Shown here one piece after another: positions 8,778-18,451 of a stretch of DNA of 64,000 bases. The notes beneath the pieces were generated by a model that saw only the letters and a program-made list of their open reading frames with translations, had not been told where the DNA came from and did no database searches. Position 1 is the stretch's first letter; each line of letters begins with the position of its first letter. The stretch is from Chitinophagaceae bacterium (GTDB lineage: Bacteria; Bacteroidota; Bacteroidia; Chitinophagales; JADJOU01), in the NCBI GenBank assembly GCA_017495115.1, contig JAFEIJ010000015.1:73481-137480 (forward strand), in the 5' to 3' direction. The translations under genes were made by a program, and so were the position numbers.

Positions 8778-11630
8778 TTAATGCATCATACGAAACATAG
8801 GATTCTGCTCATCTCGATCTCCTCCAGACTTAAATTTCTTAAAATTGTATGTAGCCGTTAGCATAAAATAACGATTTAAAGCGTTGATTCTTGTGTCCGT
8901 AATCATATTTTCATTCACATTTCTCGAAATATTTCTATTTTGGTCAAATAAGTCAAATACAGCAAATTTAATTTCTAAATCTCGCTTTTTAAGCATTTTG
9001 TAAGCCACACTAGATCCTAATAAAAATACATGCTGATTAAGATTCGGATCAATTTGACTATTATAGTTATATGAAAAATCTGAATTAAAAACAAAATGTT
9101 TTAAAAATGTAATTTTTAAATTTGATGTTAATGAATGAATCCAGAAATTATTTTCTAAGTTTTTAAATTGAGAATACGTATTGATGATATATTTAGGATT
9201 ATAGCCTAAAGAAAAATCTACATCTTCGCTTATATTACTAGATAACATCGCTCCATTGCTCAACGTCCAATTATTTGTGATATTCTCTATATTATTAACT
9301 AAAGTTGGTGAACGATTATAATTTACATTAGCATTAAAACTTAAATTTGACTTAATCGATTTGATTGGTGTCGTATAATTTCCAAAAACCATACCATTAA
9401 AATTGCCATCTAAATTGACAATCGTATTATACTGCACTCCTTTTCGGATTAATAAATTCGCAATTGTTGTATCGTTGAGCGCTGTAAAATTTGACGAGGC
9501 ATTTTTGTTTTGTGTATAATTCATATTAGACATAAAAAACAAAAAGGTTCCTTTGGCCAAATTAGGTTTGATAAATTGGAAAAACAAATTATGATTATAT
9601 TCTGCTTTTAAATTTGGATTTCCTCTAAAAATCGACTGTGGATTACTGATATCTGTAAGTGGCTGAATATTTGAAGCCGAAGGGGTATTCATAGATGTCG
9701 TATAATTCAAACGAATTTTAAACATTTTTTGAGGTTGAAATTGAATGTTAAAATAAGGTAATATTCCAAAAAAATCCTGAGAAATTGCGGAAGTATTATA
9801 AACATTATTTTGTGCACTAAAGTTTATGTTTTGAACATTCGTTCCAAACATAAAACGCCATTTGGAAAACTGTAAACGATAACTAACCCCTCCTATATTA
9901 TAAAAAATGGGATTTTGTAAAATATTACTTAAGTTGCTATCTATGTCACCAGGTGTTCCAAAAACTTCGGAATAGGTGTTAATCACTTCATTTCTTTTGT
10001 ATGCAATTGAAGGACTGTATGTTAAAAGCCATTGCCCAAACTTACCGCTCGGTTCGGTGTAACTAAAAATAGCGCTTACCGTATTACTCCATTGGGTTGA
10101 GTTATTATTAAGCTCAAATTGAGAAATACCCATTGCGGTGGTACTATTATTTTGTTGAATTGAAGTTCCATTTTGTCTTGTAATATCAAAAATTGGGTTA
10201 AATGAAAATGTTCTTCCCGCTTTTTTCAATTTTAATCGATATAAGAAATTGGTACTAAAACTTACGTTTTGAGAGGTATTATCCGAAGTTTGATTATTTT
10301 CAAAAGCTCTTGAATTATTTTGAAACGTATTGACAATTTTAGAATTTGAATAACTATTACTTTCACTTAAATTTAATGCATTGGTCCAAACGATTGAATT
10401 ATTTGCATCCAAATAGGTTTCCATTCTACTATTAAAACGGGTATTAAAAAGTGTTTGCTTTCGATCGGTATTTCCATTTGTAAATAACGTATTTCCTTCA
10501 TTTACAAAATTTCTACTGTTCATTATTTCATTATAAACATTATCGGTTCTGTTTGTAAAAATACTTGAAGACAATCTCGTATTTCTATTTTTACCCCATC
10601 GATCCACATAATTAGCTCCAAAAGAATACGCACTATTAACCCCATCTTGATTACTCACCGTAAAATTAGAGAAACCGCCTCCTCCTCTATTTCCTCCAGC
10701 AACTCGCATTCCAAAACCCATATTTCGCATCATCGAACGACCTTGCATGCCACCCATTCCGCTGCTTCCCGAAACGGCTCCGATAATTTCAGACGTTGAA
10801 AAATTTAAATTATTAATATTATTGGCTAATCCTAAAATCGAAATCCTTTTATCTCCATCAAAATAATTCATATTTCCACCACCTTGAAATGTAGATTCTG
10901 TACCTCCTCCACCATAAACCTTACCAAAATATCCATGTTTCATGCCGGCTTTAGTTTTAAGATTAATCGTCTTAGTCGTATTACCATCATTAAAACCTGT
11001 AAAACTAGCTCGATCGCTTTGTCCGTCAAAAACTTCAACTTTATCAATCGTTTCTGCAGGTAAGTTTCTTAATGCTACATTAACATCATCTCCAAAAAAC
11101 TCTTGACCATCAACCGTAATTTTTCGTACTTCCTCACCTTGAGCTTTTAAAGTCCCGCCTTCGGTTGTAATACCTGGCATTTTTTTCACCAAATCTTCAA
11201 CATTTGCATCTTTATGTGTTTTAAATGCTTTTGCATCATAAATAATAGTATCATCTTTTATTGTAGCTCGAGCTCGAGTCCCTTCTATTTCAACTTCTTT
11301 AATTTTTGTTTGTGTATTTACAAGTTTTACATTTAGCAAACTAGGTATATTTGAAACACTAATTTTTCTTTCAAAATTAGCATAGCCCATCATCTGAACT
11401 TTAAAATAAAAATCTTTTTTTGGATTAACCGAAATTTGATATTTTCCTTCAAAATCTGAAAAAGCCGTTTGAAACGCTTGATTTTCATCCGTATAAACCA
11501 ATGCAATTACAGCGCGTCCTACTGGACTATTTTTTTTTGAATCGGTTACTTTACCTGCAATTTTTTGTTGCGCAAAAATGGATACGCTTGAAATTAGAAC
11601 TAAAAAAAGTGTTGAAACGAATTGATTCAT
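8778..11630 (-). CDS. outer-membrane beta-barrel protein with an N-terminal carboxypeptidase-regulatory-like domain (TonB-dependent-receptor-like)
   Basis: It has a signal peptide, a CarboxypepD_reg-like start (IAGKVTDSKKNSPVGRAVIAL), a plug-like segment, a long beta-strand-rich body and a terminal aromatic beta-barrel end (TATYNFKKF). Confidence 0.7.
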   Translation of the reverse strand: MNQFVSTLFLVLISSVSIFAQQKIAGKVTDSKKNSPVGRAVIALVYTDENQAFQTAFSDFEGKYQISVNPKKDFYFKVQMMGYANFERKISVSNIPSLLNVKLVNTQTKIKEVEIEGTRARATIKDDTIIYDAKAFKTHKDANVEDLVKKMPGITTEGGTLKAQGEEVRKITVDGQEFFGDDVNVALRNLPAETIDKVEVFDGQSDRASFTGFNDGNTTKTINLKTKAGMKHGYFGKVYGGGGTESTFQGGGNMNYFDGDKRISILGLANNINNLNFSTSEIIGAVSGSSGMGGMQGRSMMRNMGFGMRVAGGNRGGGGFSNFTVSNQDGVNSAYSFGANYVDRWGKNRNTRLSSSIFTNRTDNVYNEIMNSRNFVNEGNTLFTNGNTDRKQTLFNTRFNSRMETYLDANNSIVWTNALNLSESNSYSNSKIVNTFQNNSRAFENNQTSDNTSQNVSFSTNFLYRLKLKKAGRTFSFNPIFDITRQNGTSIQQNNSTTAMGISQFELNNNSTQWSNTVSAIFSYTEPSGKFGQWLLTYSPSIAYKRNEVINTYSEVFGTPGDIDSNLSNILQNPIFYNIGGVSYRLQFSKWRFMFGTNVQNINFSAQNNVYNTSAISQDFFGILPYFNIQFQPQKMFKIRLNYTTSMNTPSASNIQPLTDISNPQSIFRGNPNLKAEYNHNLFFQFIKPNLAKGTFLFFMSNMNYTQNKNASSNFTALNDTTIANLLIRKGVQYNTIVNLDGNFNGMVFGNYTTPIKSIKSNLSFNANVNYNRSPTLVNNIENITNNWTLSNGAMLSSNISEDVDFSLGYNPKYIINTYSQFKNLENNFWIHSLTSNLKITFLKHFVFNSDFSYNYNSQIDPNLNQHVFLLGSSVAYKMLKKRDLEIKFAVFDLFDQNRNISRNVNENMITDTRINALNRYFMLTATYNFKKFKSGGDRDEQNPMFRMMH

Positions 11631-11708
11631 TTGTTTAAAAATTAATTGGCAAAGATAATCATACCTTTTTAATCTATATGTTTTAATTCAAAATAGAATC
11701 ATGCTTTT

Positions 11709-11791
11709 ATGTTAAGACTAACTATGTTAATTTAATGTTAAGCAAAAGTGTGTTTTTTATATTTTTTGTTACGTTAATGTTATTATGTTAA
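11709..11791. promoter_or_regulatory. cluster of ATGTTAA heptamers in a divergent intergenic region
   Basis: Exact ATGTTAA occurs at 11709, 11724, 11735 and 11785. Variants are ACGTTAA at 11771 and ATGTTAT at 11777. Confidence 0.3.
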
Positions 11792-11831
11792 TAAATACTA
11801 TATTAATTGTAAACAAAAAAACACATTCTTG

Positions 11832-11839
11832 TAATTTTG
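11832..11839 (+). promoter_or_regulatory. candidate -7 box (TAnnTTTG)
   Basis: TAATTTTG lies 26 nt upstream of the ATG at 11866. Confidence 0.35.
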
Positions 11840-11865
11840 CAATGAAATAAAAAACGTATAAAAAA

Positions 11866-13074
11866 ATGAAAAAAATAATAATGATACTACTTTCAGTATC
11901 TTTTAACTTTGTATTTTGTCAAGAAGAATTAGTAAAAGACAACAACTTAAAAAATAAAACAAAAAATTGGTTTGAAAGCTTTTCTATTAGAGGCTATACT
12001 CAAATACGATATAATAGATTACTCGAAACAAATGAAAACTTAAAATGTGAGCAATGCGATCGATCTATTGGAAAAGATGGTGGCTTTTTTATTCGTCGAT
12101 CACGTATTATTTTTTCTGGACAAATAAATGAACAAGTATTTTTTTATATTCAACCCGATTTTGCAAGCAGCCCAAGTGCTGACAGATTGCATTTTGTGCA
12201 GTTAAGAGATGCTTATTTTGATGTTGGTGTTGATCCAAATAATGAATTTCGTTTTAGAATAGGGCAAAGTAAAGTACCTTATGGCTTTGAAAATATGCAA
12301 TCAAGTCAAAACCGTTTAACTCTAGATCGAAATGACGCACTAAATAGTGCCGTATCTAACGAGCGAGACTTAGGTGTGTTTTTCTATTGGGCACCAAAAG
12401 CAAAAAGAAAACTATTAAGTCAATTAGTAGCTAGTGGATTAAAAGGAAGTGGAGATTATGGAATTTTAGGATTTGGTATTTATAATGGTCAAACTGCAAA
12501 TAATGTCGAATTAAACGATAATCCACATATTGTTGCTCGCGCTACATATCCTTTTGAATATAAAAATCAAATTTTTGAATTTGGTGTACAAGCATATACA
12601 GGAGACTTTGTCATTTCAAAAACGAGCTTAACAAATGGTGTAAAATATAAAAGCGATTTAAACTATACAGACCAAAGAGCCGCGGCAACTATAGTAATGT
12701 ATCCAAAACCTTTTGGATTCCAAGCGGAGTATAATATTGGAAAAGGACCTGAATACAATAAAACAACAGATTCAATTGAAGTTCAAAATCTATATGGAGG
12801 TTATGCAATGGTTAATTATATGGCAAAATATAAAAATCATACATTTATTCCATTTGTAAAATACCAACATTATAACGGCGGTAAAAAACATGAACGTGAT
12901 GCCCGAAGTTACGATATTAATGAATTGGAAATTGGCGTAGAATGGCAACCTGCAAAACAATTTGAATTGGTAGCGTGCTACACCATTTCTGATAGAAGAT
13001 ATGAAGATTTTGGATTAAGGAACAATAGACAACAAGGGAATTTTTTAAGACTACAAGCTCAGGTTAATTTTTAG
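11866..13074 (+). CDS. phosphate-selective porin O/P-family porin
   Basis: It has a signal peptide, a SIRGYTQIRYN start and a C-terminal LRLQAQVNF beta-barrel terminus. The overall pattern resembles porin O/P family proteins. Confidence 0.55.
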   Translation: MKKIIMILLSVSFNFVFCQEELVKDNNLKNKTKNWFESFSIRGYTQIRYNRLLETNENLKCEQCDRSIGKDGGFFIRRSRIIFSGQINEQVFFYIQPDFASSPSADRLHFVQLRDAYFDVGVDPNNEFRFRIGQSKVPYGFENMQSSQNRLTLDRNDALNSAVSNERDLGVFFYWAPKAKRKLLSQLVASGLKGSGDYGILGFGIYNGQTANNVELNDNPHIVARATYPFEYKNQIFEFGVQAYTGDFVISKTSLTNGVKYKSDLNYTDQRAAATIVMYPKPFGFQAEYNIGKGPEYNKTTDSIEVQNLYGGYAMVNYMAKYKNHTFIPFVKYQHYNGGKKHERDARSYDINELEIGVEWQPAKQFELVACYTISDRRYEDFGLRNNRQQGNFLRLQAQVNF

Positions 13075-14188
13075 CATACAAAGCTTCAATGGCATTCACT
13101 AAATTTTCCCAGCTAAATCGTTTTTTTTGGGATCGAACGCCTTCGATCCAATCTTTTTCTATTTTAAAAAAATGCACCAATCCTTCATAAATTGAAATTG
13201 GATTTGGCTCAACAACAACACCTGAAACATCCTGAACAACGATTTCGGCTAAACCGCCTACATTAGTTATAAGCATCGGTTTTTCAAAATGATAGGCAAT
13301 TTGAGCAATCCCACTTTGCGTGGCATTTCGGTATGGTTGAACGACCAAATCACTGGCTGCAAAGTAATATTTCACTTCGTCATGCGGGATAAATTGATTA
13401 AATAAATGTACTTTATTTTCAATTTTAAAATCCGAAATTAACATTTTATAAGGCAACTCATTTTCATAAAATTCACCCGCTATGATAAGATGAATATCAT
13501 TTTTTTCCAATATTAATTTATTAAAAGCTTCAATTAATAAATCCAAGCCTTTATATTTGCGAATAAAACCAAAAAATAATAAATATTTTTTATCTAGATC
13601 CAATCCCAATTTTATTCTAGCTTCATCTTTTGAAACAGCGGCACCAAAATTATCAAAAACAGGATGTGGCGCATAAGCAACATCTTTATTTTTTGTAAAA
13701 CGTTGAATATCTTTAGTAACTTTATCTGACATCGATACCAATTGATGCATAGCGCTTAAAAAGTATTTTGAAAACAATGTATCAAAAAACTTAGGTTCGT
13801 GCGGAATCATATTATCAACAATAGAAATATTTCTTGTTTTTGAAAAACATTTAACTACCCAACCAATCGTTCCCAAACAAGGTGCCAAAAATGAAAGCCA
13901 ATATCTAAAAATAAGCAAATCTGCTTTTTTTTGACTTAGATAAAACCCAACATAAAGCCAATTAAAAGGATTAATAGCGTTTATTTTTCGTTCCACTAAA
14001 TAATTAAAATGCATTTCATTTTCATGATATTGCGTTGTTCCTGGAAATAAAAATTTAGGATATTGTAAGGTAAATGTAACCATTTCAACAACGTGGCCGG
14101 CTTCTATCAATGCTTCAGCCAAACGATGATTGGTGTCTGAAATGCCACCACGATAAGGAAAAGCTGGTCCAACAATAACTATTTTCAT
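13064..14188 (-). CDS. glycosyltransferase family 4 (GT-B)
   Basis: The start MKIVIVGPAFPYRGGIS and the C-terminal sequences AASDLVVQPY...SGIAQIAYHFEKPML are typical of GT4/RfaB-like enzymes. Confidence 0.75.
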   Translation of the reverse strand: MKIVIVGPAFPYRGGISDTNHRLAEALIEAGHVVEMVTFTLQYPKFLFPGTTQYHENEMHFNYLVERKINAINPFNWLYVGFYLSQKKADLLIFRYWLSFLAPCLGTIGWVVKCFSKTRNISIVDNMIPHEPKFFDTLFSKYFLSAMHQLVSMSDKVTKDIQRFTKNKDVAYAPHPVFDNFGAAVSKDEARIKLGLDLDKKYLLFFGFIRKYKGLDLLIEAFNKLILEKNDIHLIIAGEFYENELPYKMLISDFKIENKVHLFNQFIPHDEVKYYFAASDLVVQPYRNATQSGIAQIAYHFEKPMLITNVGGLAEIVVQDVSGVVVEPNPISIYEGLVHFFKIEKDWIEGVRSQKKRFSWENLVNAIEALYAKN

Positions 14189-14266
14189 GAAAAATATACA
14201 ATTTATAAATACAAAAATACGGAATTTTATTAAAACATAAAGATATCAAGAAAAAATGAATTAATA

Positions 14267-14830
14267 TTGGGCTCCAAAATTAAAAAACGCTTTTTAAGAA
14301 TTATGTTTCGATTTATTTTTACGATTTTCACATTGACCTTTTATTTTAGCATGGAATGTCAAAAAAATGAACTAAATCCAAACCAGACGTATAAAGTGAT
14401 TGCTGTTTTAGATGGAGACACTTATGACATTTTAGTCGATAATCAATCCGTCCGGATTCGTATAGATGGTATCGATGCGCCAGAAAAAGGAATGCCTTAT
14501 TCAAAAGTTAGTAAAAAATATTTAAGCAAATTGTGTTTTGGAAAATATATCAAAATCAAGAAAACTGACGAAGATGGTCGAGGGAGATGGGTTTGCCGTG
14601 GCTATACACCCGAAGGACTTGACATTTCAGAAGAAATGATTCGAGCGGGATTGGCTTGGCATTATAAAAAATATTCAAGTGATAAAAAACTTGCTGCTTT
14701 AGAAATTGAAGCACGCTCCAAAAAAATAGGTTTATGGACCGAACCTAATCCAATTGCGCCATGGGAAATACGCAAATTACATAAGAAAGGTATTTCTACA
14801 AAAGAATATTTTAAAAATTCCGTGAAATAA
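14267..14830 (+). CDS. thermonuclease (SNase) family protein
   Basis: DGDTYDILVDNQSVRIRIDGIDAPE...GRWVCRGY...GLAWHYKKY match staphylococcal-nuclease motifs. The real start may be the ATG at 14303 (MFRFIFTIF...), because 14267 is a TTG. Confidence 0.85.
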   Translation: MGSKIKKRFLRIMFRFIFTIFTLTFYFSMECQKNELNPNQTYKVIAVLDGDTYDILVDNQSVRIRIDGIDAPEKGMPYSKVSKKYLSKLCFGKYIKIKKTDEDGRGRWVCRGYTPEGLDISEEMIRAGLAWHYKKYSSDKKLAALEIEARSKKIGLWTEPNPIAPWEIRKLHKKGISTKEYFKNSVK

Positions 14831-14867
14831 AATACAAGGTTTTTAAAATGACTTATTTAAAATAGAA

Positions 14868-14875
14868 TAAATTTG
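14868..14875 (+). promoter_or_regulatory. candidate -7 box (TAnnTTTG)
   Basis: TAAATTTG lies 17 nt upstream of the TTG start at 14893. Confidence 0.35.
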
Positions 14876-14892
14876 TAGCAAATAAAAATACA

Positions 14893-16704
14893 TTGAAAAA
14901 TTATTTAACGCTATTACGCTTTTTACTTCCTTATAAAAAATTCATTTTTTGGTTTATTATTTTTTCAATATTAACTGTAATTTTTTCTTTAGTGAGCCTC
15001 GTGATGTTGGTTCCTTTTCTAGAATTACTTTTTGATAAAACGGAATTAATTACCGAAAAACCAAATTTTGAATGGAATCAAAAAAGCATCATTAATACCT
15101 TTTATTACTTCCTTTCGGTTCAAATTATTGAAAATGGAAAAACCGCAGCACTAGGATTTTTTTGTATTTTAGTGGTCATTATATTTTTCTTAAAAAACAT
15201 TTTTAGATACCTGGCTCTTTTTATATTAGCACCTCTTCGAAATCGATTAATTCTTGATTTAAGAGACTTATTATATCGAAAATTGCTAAAATTAGAATTA
15301 TCCTTTTTTCAAAAAAACCAAAAAGGTGATTTAATCACTAAATTTACGACAGATTTAACAGAGATTGAATATAGCATCATGAATACATTGGAAACATCCA
15401 TTCAATCGCCATTAAATATCATATTATTTCTTGGAGCGATGATGACGATAAGCTATCAATTGACTTTTTTTGTATTTGGCATGATTTTGGTGATGGCTTT
15501 GTTTATCGGGAAAATTGGGAAAAGCCTCAAAAAAGAAAGCAAAAATGCCAAGGATGTACTTGGAAAGTTAACTTCAATCATTGATGAAACCATTCATGGA
15601 ATAAAAATCATTCAAGCCTATTTTGTTCAACATTGGATTTATGAAAAATTTAAAACCGAAAATACTCGAATTTACAATGTCTATAATAAAATGTATCGAA
15701 AAAGAGACCTCTCTTCTCCACTTACCGAATTCTTAGCTATTGTTGTCATTTGTATTGTTTTGTGGTTTGGAGGAAATATGGTATTAAGCGGAACAGGCTT
15801 AAGCCCTTCCAAATTTATTGGATTTATGGTTATTTTTTCGCAACTTATTCCTCCTGCAAAAAGTTTTAGTTCTGCCATTTATGAAATTAAAAAAGGCATG
15901 GCGTCCTACGAAAGAATACAAACGATTTTAAATGAAGCCAGTTTTTATGAAAATGAAGCCAATTCTAAAAAAATGGATTTTTTTAATCATGCTCTTGATT
16001 TTAAAAATGTTAGTTTTCATTATCCAAATGGCCCTATTGCTATTCAAGATTTTAATTTTAGTTTTGAAAAAGGAAAAAAATATGCGCTTGTTGGAGCCAG
16101 CGGGGCTGGAAAAAGTACGATTTTTGATTTAATATTACGTTTTATTAATCCTACAAATGGTCAAATTTTAATTGATCAACAACCCATTGATATTATTGAC
16201 TTGAAAAGTTATCGGTATTTATATGGAATTGTAACTCAAGAAGCCATTTTATTTAATTATTCCGTTGCTGAAAATATTTCATTTCAAACTATTGAAAATG
16301 AAAACTTTAAAAAAGCGCTTCAAATTTCAAACGCGGTTGATTTTGTTGAAAAAATGAATGAGGAAACAAAAGAAGCCATAGGTGAGCGTGGTAGTAAACT
16401 TAGTGGTGGAGAAAAACAACGATTAAATATCGCCCGAATTGCCTATTTGAATCCTGAAATTATATTATTAGATGAAGCCACTTCGGCCTTAGATAGCAAA
16501 AATGAAAAAGAGGTTCATGCCGCTTTAGAAAAACTAATGGAAAATAAAACAAGCATTATTATTGCACATCGTTTGAGTACGATTCAAAATGTGGATGCAA
16601 TACTTGTTATTGAAAATGGGCAGTTGAAAGAATTTGGAAGTCATCAAGATTTAATTGCCAAAAACGGTCTTTATTCCGAAATGGTTCGACTTCAAAAAAT
16701 TTAA
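14893..16704 (+). CDS. ABC exporter, fused permease/ATPase (MsbA-like)
   Basis: It has six N-terminal TM helices, Walker A GASGAGKST, the signature LSGGEKQR and Walker B ILLLDEATSALD. Confidence 0.9.
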   Translation: MKNYLTLLRFLLPYKKFIFWFIIFSILTVIFSLVSLVMLVPFLELLFDKTELITEKPNFEWNQKSIINTFYYFLSVQIIENGKTAALGFFCILVVIIFFLKNIFRYLALFILAPLRNRLILDLRDLLYRKLLKLELSFFQKNQKGDLITKFTTDLTEIEYSIMNTLETSIQSPLNIILFLGAMMTISYQLTFFVFGMILVMALFIGKIGKSLKKESKNAKDVLGKLTSIIDETIHGIKIIQAYFVQHWIYEKFKTENTRIYNVYNKMYRKRDLSSPLTEFLAIVVICIVLWFGGNMVLSGTGLSPSKFIGFMVIFSQLIPPAKSFSSAIYEIKKGMASYERIQTILNEASFYENEANSKKMDFFNHALDFKNVSFHYPNGPIAIQDFNFSFEKGKKYALVGASGAGKSTIFDLILRFINPTNGQILIDQQPIDIIDLKSYRYLYGIVTQEAILFNYSVAENISFQTIENENFKKALQISNAVDFVEKMNEETKEAIGERGSKLSGGEKQRLNIARIAYLNPEIILLDEATSALDSKNEKEVHAALEKLMENKTSIIIAHRLSTIQNVDAILVIENGQLKEFGSHQDLIAKNGLYSEMVRLQKI

Positions 16705-16739
16705 TGTAAATATTATAATTCCATCTATCCATTTTTATA

Positions 16740-16747
16740 TAAATTTG
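16740..16747 (+). promoter_or_regulatory. candidate -7 box (TAnnTTTG)
   Basis: TAAATTTG lies 22 nt upstream of the TTG start at 16770. Confidence 0.35.
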
Positions 16748-16769
16748 CGTAATCATAAAAATCATCACT

Positions 16770-17744
16770 TTGAAATCTTTTGAAGCATACAAAGAAATTT
16801 TAGAAAGTTATATCCAAAAAGAAATACCAAAAATTTCTCCTAAAGAGCTTTATGAGCCATATCTTTACTTGATTGACTTACCTTCAAAACGCATAAGACC
16901 CGTGATGCTTATGAGCGTTTATGAGTGTTATCGGCCACTTGAAAACCATGTATTAAACTGCGCCATGGCTATCGAATTTTTCCATAATTTTACACTAATG
17001 CATGATGACATTATGGATGCTTCTGATACTCGGAGAGGATTACCAACCGTTCATAAAAAATTTAATGAAAATAGCGCGATATTATCTGGTGACGTTCTTT
17101 TAATAATAACATATCAGCTTCTTGAAAATCTTTTAGAAACAAAATATTTTAAAGAAATATTTAAATTATATAATCACACAGCGATTCAAATATGCAGTGG
17201 TCAGCAATTGGATATGAATTTTGAAAATGAATATACGATTACCGAATTGGAATATTTAATGATGATTGAATATAAAACAGCGGTTTTATTGGCTACTAGC
17301 TTTAAAATAGGAGCGATTTTAGGAGAAGCAACTCCTCAAGATGCCGATGCATTTTATCAATTTGGATTAAACATTGGAATGGCATTTCAAATTCAAGATG
17401 ATTTATTAGACAGCTTCGGTTCGACAGAACAAACCGGAAAGGTAGTCGGAGGAGATATTTGTAATAATAAAAAAACGCTTTTAATGATAAAAGCACTTCA
17501 AAGTAATAATCGATATCATAAAGAATTACTCAATAATTGGTTGCAAACCAAATCTTTTGACGAGCAAAAAGTTACAGATATAAAACAAATTTTTAAGGAT
17601 AGTGGCGCATTAGATTATACGATTCAGAAACGAGATGCCTATTGCGAAAAAGCAATATCATTTCTTAATAAAATCAATATCCAACATGAGGATAAAGAAG
17701 CGTTAATTCAATTTGCTAAAAAATCCATTCAAAGAGTAAGTTAA
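16770..17744 (+). CDS. polyprenyl diphosphate synthase (trans-isoprenyl, IspA/GGPPS-like)
   Basis: Both aspartate-rich motifs are present: LMHDDIMD and FQIQDDLLD. Confidence 0.85.
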   Translation: MKSFEAYKEILESYIQKEIPKISPKELYEPYLYLIDLPSKRIRPVMLMSVYECYRPLENHVLNCAMAIEFFHNFTLMHDDIMDASDTRRGLPTVHKKFNENSAILSGDVLLIITYQLLENLLETKYFKEIFKLYNHTAIQICSGQQLDMNFENEYTITELEYLMMIEYKTAVLLATSFKIGAILGEATPQDADAFYQFGLNIGMAFQIQDDLLDSFGSTEQTGKVVGGDICNNKKTLLMIKALQSNNRYHKELLNNWLQTKSFDEQKVTDIKQIFKDSGALDYTIQKRDAYCEKAISFLNKINIQHEDKEALIQFAKKSIQRVS

Positions 17745-18451
17745 TGACAGCTATTGATTATTGGTTTAAGGATTTTCGTGAAAATTGGGGTATTTTTTTA
17801 AAAAATAAAAAAAATACAATAGATTTAGCGATCACAATTATCTTTTTTATAGCGGTCTCCTATTCATTTAAAGTATACTTAATCAAAATGGAGTCCATAA
17901 AAGGAGTCCTTCTTGAAGATAAACTTTTAAACATTTTGCCGTCATACGATTTTTCAATGCCCATTTTTGTTATTTTGTATTGGATTGTTTTTGTTACTTA
18001 TATTTTTTTATTTGCGTATCCCATTCGACTTAAATTAATATTACAATTTTATTCAATAAGTCTATTGATTCGGCTTATCATGATTTTTTTAATCAATCTG
18101 GAACCTCCAATAAATTTAATTTATTTAATTGATCCGATATTAAATGAAACGACATATAATGGTCAATTTATCACTAAAGATTTGTTTTTTAGTGGTCATG
18201 CCATATCTTGCTTAGTTTGTTATTATGCTATGCCAAATTTATTAATAAAACGAATTATTGGATTTTTAAGTATTATACTATTAATAATGCTATTATTCCA
18301 GCATATTCATTATACAATTGATTTGATTGGAGCATATATTGTAGTTCATTTAATCTATAAAATCTATTTCAAAAGAGCTTGCGAGCTAAAAAGTAAATCC
18401 TATTTAAATTCTCCTTTAATTTTTAACAAAAACGCAAATTATGAATCTTGA
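17744..18451 (+). CDS. polytopic membrane protein, PAP2_C / sphingomyelin-synthase-like
   Basis: FFSGHAISC...HYTIDLIGAY resembles the SGH and H-Y-T-x-D motifs of the PAP2_C family. Its start overlaps the preceding stop codon (TAATG). Confidence 0.4.
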   Translation: MTAIDYWFKDFRENWGIFLKNKKNTIDLAITIIFFIAVSYSFKVYLIKMESIKGVLLEDKLLNILPSYDFSMPIFVILYWIVFVTYIFLFAYPIRLKLILQFYSISLLIRLIMIFLINLEPPINLIYLIDPILNETTYNGQFITKDLFFSGHAISCLVCYYAMPNLLIKRIIGFLSIILLIMLLFQHIHYTIDLIGAYIVVHLIYKIYFKRACELKSKSYLNSPLIFNKNANYES

